Shown piece by piece: positions 58,861 to 64,000 of a stretch of 64,000 bases of DNA. The notes under the pieces were generated by a model, which worked only from the letters and a program-made list of their open reading frames with translations, was not told the origin of the DNA and made no database searches. The DNA is from Gemmatimonadaceae bacterium (GTDB lineage: Bacteria; Gemmatimonadota; Gemmatimonadetes; Gemmatimonadales; Gemmatimonadaceae), in contig JBJMOW010000005.1 of assembly GCA_045803545.1 (NCBI GenBank), positions 608,001-672,000 of the forward strand, in the 5' to 3' direction. Both the position numbers and the translations under genes were made by a program. Every line of letters starts with the position of its first letter. Position 1 is the first letter of the stretch.

Positions 58861-59603
58861 TGATTCGCCTTACCGAAGTAGGAAAGGAATACCCGCGCTC
58901 GGGCGTAGCGCTCGCACACGTCAACTTCCAGGTGAGGAAGGGCGAGTTCGTTTTTCTCACCGGACCAAGTGGCTCGGGCAAGACGACCATCCTCAAGCTG
59001 CTGTACATGGATGATCGCCCGACGAACGGTGAAGTGTGGATCAACGGCGTCAGCTCCAAAACGGCTGCCCGCTCCGAGATCACGCGGCTCCGCCGGCGTA
59101 TCGGAATCGTGTTTCAGGATTTTCGACTGCTCGAAGACCGCAGCGCCGAGGCCAACGTCCGGTTTGCGCTGGAGGTGACGGGCTCGCCCAAGGCGACGAT
59201 TCGCTCCAAGGTGACGCGCGTGCTGACACAGGTCGGTCTGTCATCGAAAGCAACGAGTTTCCCGCGCGAGATGTCGGGCGGTGAGCAGCAGCGGGTCGCA
59301 ATCGCACGCGCGCTGGTTAACGATCCATTCGTGCTGATCGCAGACGAACCGACCGGAAATCTGGACGAGCGTGCGACCCGCGGTGTATTCCAGTTGCTGC
59401 GGGACATCAACGCGTCGGGCACCGCCGTGATCATGGCAACTCACGATCTCGACCTGGTACGTCGATCGAACTACCGCACGATCGAGCTGAATCACGGGCG
59501 CCTGGTGTTCGATTCGGCTGAGACGCCCGGCACCCCGCCGCCGCCGTTCGACGAGGAAGCTCCGGCTCCGGAGACGCCAACCAGCTCGGCGGACGCGATC
59601 TAA
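58860..59603 (+). CDS. ftsE: Cell division ATP-binding protein FtsE
   Basis: [33 protein letters not shown]; adjacent to ftsX. Confidence 0.95.
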   Translation: MIRLTEVGKEYPRSGVALAHVNFQVRKGEFVFLTGPSGSGKTTILKLLYMDDRPTNGEVWINGVSSKTAARSEITRLRRRIGIVFQDFRLLEDRSAEANVRFALEVTGSPKATIRSKVTRVLTQVGLSSKATSFPREMSGGEQQRVAIARALVNDPFVLIADEPTGNLDERATRGVFQLLRDINASGTAVIMATHDLDLVRRSNYRTIELNHGRLVFDSAETPGTPPPPFDEEAPAPETPTSSADAI

Positions 59604-60448
59604 TGAGGTCGGCAAGAGAAGCGCTGACGGCATCGCGTCGGGCGCCCTTATTGAGCGCGCTCGGCGTGGTGACGATTGCGTTCTCTCTGTTCGCGTTCGG
59701 GTTGTTCGGCCTCGTTGCCATCAACATCCGGCGTGCGCTGGAGCAGGTCGAGGAGCGCGTCGAGGTCCGCGCTTTCCTCAGCGACAGCGCCGACATCGAG
59801 AATGTCGCTGCTGCGATGAAAGACATCGGCGGATTTCCGGAAGTGTTGCGAGTCGACTACCTCTCGAAGGAGGCCGCGCTCGAGCGCGCGCGCAAGGAGA
59901 TGGGCGAGTTCGCCGATGTGTTCGAGGCGGGCGTTCTCCCTGCGTCGATCGAGGTTCATCTGCGTCCCGGGATGCGCAGTCCGACAACGGTCAAGTCAGT
60001 CGCCGAAAAGATCAAGACGTATCATTTCGTCGACGACGTGCGTTACGGTGAAGAATGGGTCGAGAAGCTATATCGTCTGCGTAACATCGCGACTGTGGCG
60101 GGGATAGCACTCGGAGTTGCTTTCGCGGCCGTCGCCATCATCATCATCGGCGCAACCATTCGCATGACGGTGCTCGCGCGCGCGAAGGAGATCTCGATCA
60201 TGAGACTCGTCGGCGCCACCGATATGTTCATTCGCATGCCGTTTCTGATTGACGGGGTCGTGAAGGGCGTATCAGGCGGATTGCTGGCGTTGCTGCTGGT
60301 GTGGATCACCAACCGCGTAATCAATCAATACTTCATCGAGACGATCTTCTTCGATCGCCAGATGATTTTCCTTGGCGTGATCGGCGGCGCCGTGATGGGA
60401 GTCCTCGGTAGCCTCGTCTCGGTGGGGAGGCATCTACGACGCGTTTGA
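59603..60448 (+). CDS. ftsX: Cell division permease FtsX
   Basis: SKEAALE, LPASIEV, TIRMTV...EISIMRLVGATDMFIRMPF. Confidence 0.95.
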   Translation: MRSAREALTASRRAPLLSALGVVTIAFSLFAFGLFGLVAINIRRALEQVEERVEVRAFLSDSADIENVAAAMKDIGGFPEVLRVDYLSKEAALERARKEMGEFADVFEAGVLPASIEVHLRPGMRSPTTVKSVAEKIKTYHFVDDVRYGEEWVEKLYRLRNIATVAGIALGVAFAAVAIIIIGATIRMTVLARAKEISIMRLVGATDMFIRMPFLIDGVVKGVSGGLLALLLVWITNRVINQYFIETIFFDRQMIFLGVIGGAVMGVLGSLVSVGRHLRRV

Positions 60449-61623
60449 AGTTGGCCGGAGCGTTGATCGCTGTTCTGGTTTCGCTTCCGGCAGTATCGCG
60501 CGCACAAACCGACGCCGAAACGCGCGTCAACGCACAACGCGAAGAGCTGGCGAGAATCCGCGCGGAGCGGGACGAGCTCGAGCAGAAAATGAGCGGACTG
60601 CAGAACACCGCCCATGAGCTGCGCGACGAAGTCAATCTCCTTGATAAACAACACGACGCGACCGCGCGAATGGTGAAGTCGCTCGATCAACAGCTCGTGT
60701 CCATCACTGAGGAAGTGAGCAACACTACCACCGATCTAGCGAACTCAGAGCGGGAAGCGACGATCAAGCGCGAGGTGCTCCAGCGTCGTCTCATCGAGAT
60801 CTACAAACGCGGACCACTCTATTCGGCGGAAGTTCTCTTCTCCGCGCAGTCGGTTGGCCAGCTGGTTGCCCGCTACAAGTACCTTCACCTGCTGGCGCTC
60901 CGTGACCAGGGATTGGTGAAACGTCTCGACGAGCTGCACGAGAAAATCGAGGCGCAACACGGCCAGCTCGTGCGCCTGCAGAGCAGCGTCGCTGAGAACC
61001 GGTCCGAGAAGGAGAAAGAGGCAGCGAGACTAGCCGACCTCGAGCAACAGCAGGCGAGCAATCTCCAGCGGGTTCAGGAAGACACCAAACGCACCAAGGC
61101 GAGGCTCGCAGAGCTCGAGAAGAGTGAATCGCGCCTCAACAATTTCATCGCATCGTTCGAGGCGGAGCGCCGTCGCGCAGGGACGCGCGGGGCAGCAAGC
61201 GCGGGTCCCAGCTCAATTCGCACTACCGACATCGGTCGGCTCGATTGGCCGGTCAGCGGGACCTTCCTCTATCGATTCGGCCGCCAGGTAAATCCGAATA
61301 ACACCACCACTCGGTGGAACGGTGTCGGGATCACGGCGGCCGCGGGCACCTCAGTCAAAGCGGTATCTGCCGGAACTGTGGCGTACGCGGGGCCGATGGG
61401 CACCTACGGCAACACGATCATCGTCGAGCACGGTGGTGGCGATTACTCAGTGTACGGCTCACTCGGGCGCATGGACGTCCGCAAGGGAGCGCGCGTGATC
61501 AAGGGTCAAGCCCTCGGCACGGTCGGCGTCAGTGATCCGGCACTCGGGCCGCACTTGCACTTCGAGATCCGGAAAGGCGGCCCCGCGGTGGATCCGGCGG
61601 AGTGGTTGCGGGCAATCCGCTAG
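60445..61623 (+). CDS. envC: EnvC-like coiled-coil + degenerate M23/LytM protein
   Basis: Signal peptide, long coiled coil, LDWPVSG, WNGVGI (HxxxD lost), GPHLHFEI; follows ftsEX. Confidence 0.88.
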   Translation: MKLAGALIAVLVSLPAVSRAQTDAETRVNAQREELARIRAERDELEQKMSGLQNTAHELRDEVNLLDKQHDATARMVKSLDQQLVSITEEVSNTTTDLANSEREATIKREVLQRRLIEIYKRGPLYSAEVLFSAQSVGQLVARYKYLHLLALRDQGLVKRLDELHEKIEAQHGQLVRLQSSVAENRSEKEKEAARLADLEQQQASNLQRVQEDTKRTKARLAELEKSESRLNNFIASFEAERRRAGTRGAASAGPSSIRTTDIGRLDWPVSGTFLYRFGRQVNPNNTTTRWNGVGITAAAGTSVKAVSAGTVAYAGPMGTYGNTIIVEHGGGDYSVYGSLGRMDVRKGARVIKGQALGTVGVSDPALGPHLHFEIRKGGPAVDPAEWLRAIR

Positions 61624-61718
61624 CGGGAAGCGGGAAGCGGGAGGCGGGAGAGAGAGGCGAGAGGCGTTTTTAGTTTTTGGCGCTTCCCGCTTCCCGCTTC
61701 CCGCTTCCCGCTTCCCGC
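61623..61718. repeat. Inverted pair of heptamer arrays (GCGGGAA/G)x4 ... (CGCTTCC)x5 between convergent genes
   Basis: Read directly; the arms abut the envC and mgtE stop codons. Confidence 0.9.
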
Positions 61719-63112
61719 TAAAGCAGTGTTCCGTGCAGTACGAGGAATGCCACCGAGAAATAGATCACCAATCCGGTCACGTCGACCAGCGTTGCGACGA
61801 AGGGCGCTGACGCACTCGCGGGATCGAATCCGATCCGCTTCAATAGAAATGGCAGCATCGAGCCAGCCAGGGATCCGAAGGCAACGATCCCCACCAGCGC
61901 AAATCCCACGGTTATCGCCAACAGCAAGTAGTGTGGACCGTAGTTGAAGATGTGCATGTTCTGCCACAGCACGATACGCACGAACCCGATCACACCAAGG
62001 ATGGATCCGAGCAACAAACCGGTCGGTAGCTCGCGCACTGCGATCTTCCACCAGTCTTTGAGCTTCAGCTCCTGCAGGGCAAGAGCACGAATGACCAGGG
62101 ACGTGGCCTGCGATCCGCTGTTGCCTCCTGAGCTCATCACCAGCGGGATGAACATCGCCAGGACCGCGGCCCGCTCGATTTCACTCTGAAAGCGCTGCAT
62201 CGCCGTCGCCGTCAGCATCTCGCTCAAAAACAGCGCGCACAGCCAGCCGGCGCGTTTTCGCACCATCTCGACAAACCCGATCTCCATGTACGGCGCGTCG
62301 AGGGCTTCCATACCACCGAATCGCTGCACGTCTTCAGTGGTTTCCTCTACCAGAGCGTCGATGACATCGTCGACGGTTACAATGCCAAGTATGTGGCGCT
62401 CATCATCCACCACCGGAATCGCAAGCAGGTTGTACTTCGAAATCAAACGCGCGGCCTCTTCGCGCTCCGCCTCCGGCTTCACCGTCAGCGGCGGACGCCT
62501 TCTACCGACATCGAGCACGTTATCCTCGCGGTCGGAGGTCATTAGATCGCGAAGCGAGACGACGTGCTCCAGCGTTTGCAGGTCGGTGTCGACGACGTAA
62601 ATCGCATAGACCGTCTCTTTCCTGCCGCCAACCTCGCGAATGAGGGACAGCGCCTGGTGTACTGTCCAGTCGGCAGGCACGCTAACGAACTCGGTGGTCA
62701 TGATTCCGCCGGCAGTCTCTGGCGTGTACTTGAGCAGCTTGCGTAGGGTGACCCGAGTCTGTTCCCTGACACGCGCCAGCAACGCATTCCGCTGATCGCC
62801 GGGAAGCTCGCGGAAGAGATCTGCCTGCTGATCCGCGGACATCGCCTCGATCAGCAATCCAACTCTTTCAGGATCGATGTTCTGGATTATCGCGCAGCGA
62901 TGGCGCGTAAGCTCCGGCTCGTCGAATACCTGCACCGCCAGATCGAACGGCAAAGCCGCCATTACTTTCGCCGCGGCTTCCGGCGGCAACTCCTTCAATG
63001 CCTCGGCGATGTCCGGCGCGCGCAGCTCGCCGAGCGCTTCCTGGAGCTCCTCCGGATCGCTGTGGACCAGGTATAGGAGCTGTGCAACGGTCTGAGACGA
63101 GATTTCGATCAC
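61718..63112 (-). CDS. mgtE: Magnesium transporter MgtE
   Basis: TAGGIMTTEF, CBS pair, GGNSGSQA, DPASASAPFVATLVDVTG. Confidence 0.97.
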   Translation of the reverse strand: MIEISSQTVAQLLYLVHSDPEELQEALGELRAPDIAEALKELPPEAAAKVMAALPFDLAVQVFDEPELTRHRCAIIQNIDPERVGLLIEAMSADQQADLFRELPGDQRNALLARVREQTRVTLRKLLKYTPETAGGIMTTEFVSVPADWTVHQALSLIREVGGRKETVYAIYVVDTDLQTLEHVVSLRDLMTSDREDNVLDVGRRRPPLTVKPEAEREEAARLISKYNLLAIPVVDDERHILGIVTVDDVIDALVEETTEDVQRFGGMEALDAPYMEIGFVEMVRKRAGWLCALFLSEMLTATAMQRFQSEIERAAVLAMFIPLVMSSGGNSGSQATSLVIRALALQELKLKDWWKIAVRELPTGLLLGSILGVIGFVRIVLWQNMHIFNYGPHYLLLAITVGFALVGIVAFGSLAGSMLPFLLKRIGFDPASASAPFVATLVDVTGLVIYFSVAFLVLHGTLL

Positions 63113-63176
63113 TGGCGCTGTTCGTGGGTTACTTTCTTTTGATCCCTGCGTGCCTCAGGAGAAACGAATTAGAACG

Positions 63177-64000
63177 ATGAGCGTTTCGAGATTCTGGCCG
63201 TCAGCATTACTCGTTGTAGTCAGCTTGTCAGGGGCGGTTAAGGCGGAAGGACAGTCCTCGTACAGAAACCTCGAGGCCGGCCGCCCCGTGCGCATCGAAG
63301 ACGCCGTCGTGACCGAGCGGTACGCGCTCGATGTCGACCTGTTCAATCTCCGCTACGACGAGTTATCGGATCTACGAAGTCGGTTTCTCTGGGAGCCTGA
63401 GGTCGCCTACGGGGTACTCCCCCGCACAGAAATGTGGCTGCGACTTCCGGTATTCTATCGTGAGCGAACCTCGGTACCGCGCGGAGGGCTCGCCGGACTG
63501 GGCGTGGGCGCCATGTATCAATTCAACCTCGAGAGTGAATTCCTACCAGCCGCCGCTCTCTCAACCGAGCTTTTCAAACCGGCCGGTCCAAACGCGCTCC
63601 CACTCTCTTATTCGTTGAAAGCGCTGCTAACACGCAGCTTTTCGCCCGGCCGCGTTCATATCAACGCGAGTGTCGCGTCATACGCGGTGCCAGCCGCGGC
63701 CAGTCTTGTGATTACCTGCCCCGGAACTTCGACGTTCGATCCAAATTGCGGGGGTACTCCATTGCCTCCACTGGACGGTCCTTGCTCCGTTGGACCGGCT
63801 CCGGGCGCTTCGTTCCAATGCGGAGTCGCTGCACAGGAGCCGGCTGCTTCCGAGGTGGCAATTCAACCAGAGACGCACGCCCACTGGCTGGTAGGCCTCG
63901 GCTACGACAAAACGATTCCGCTGTCGTCGAGTCTCGTCATCGCAGATCTGTTCGCGGAAAAGTTCGAGGGAATAGGGCGGAAGACTGACATGACCGCCGA
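63177..64000 (+). CDS. Secreted/outer-membrane hypothetical protein (3' truncated)
   Basis: Frame is open from the ATG at 63177 to the window end (translated by hand): signal peptide, YRNLEAGRPVRIEDA, amphipathic beta strands. Confidence 0.7.
   Translation, partial: MSVSRFWPSALLVVVSLSGAVKAEGQSSYRNLEAGRPVRIEDAVVTERYALDVDLFNLRYDELSDLRSRFLWEPEVAYGVLPRTEMWLRLPVFYRERTSVPRGGLAGLGVGAMYQFNLESEFLPAAALSTELFKPAGPNALPLSYSLKALLTRSFSPGRVHINASVASYAVPAAASLVITCPGTSTFDPNCGGTPLPPLDGPCSVGPAPGASFQCGVAAQEPAASEVAIQPETHAHWLVGLGYDKTIPLSSSLVIADLFAEKFEGIGRKTDMTA

Noticed and set aside
60445..61623. Active M23 endopeptidase
   Set aside because: The first zinc motif HxxxD is replaced by WNGVG and the gene follows ftsEX, as expected for a non-catalytic EnvC. 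Not novel.
63113..63176. M-box or other riboswitch upstream of mgtE
   Set aside because: Only about 64 nt separate the divergent genes, with no recognisable aptamer.

Overview
GC-rich bacterial chromosomal window. Gene content and protein style suggest Gemmatimonadota (inference only). Left half: signalling genes (three histidine kinases, MEDS, OmpR-type regulator, ECF sigma plus Ser/Thr kinase), efp followed by eight tRNA genes, a tesA/ybbA/ybbP-like module, phhA, and many secreted or lipoprotein genes. Right half: core genes (typA, CDF transporter, CNNM/hemolysin, pdxA, two parvulin PPIases, mfd) and a long lepA-waaF-ROK-pfkB-HATPase-STAS-metB-like-ftsEX-envC run facing mgtE. Two signals stand out. 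(1) A thioredoxin-fold/TPR gene at 37275-37850 has an in-frame UGA exactly at the first Cys position of a CxxC motif (U-S-G-C), followed by a SECIS-like hairpin: a probable selenoprotein split by the ORF track. (2) Downstream of tRNA-Ile lies an array of small gene cassettes, separated by progressively decayed copies of the tRNA 3' half, each paired with an ACCCCG...CGGGGT hairpin; no integrase is visible. Also notable: EF-P with Asn in place of the modified Lys, several apparently leaderless genes, head-to-head overlapping starts, a CDS starting 6 nt after a tRNA, and an HATPase/STAS-HTH pair inside a cell-envelope operon.
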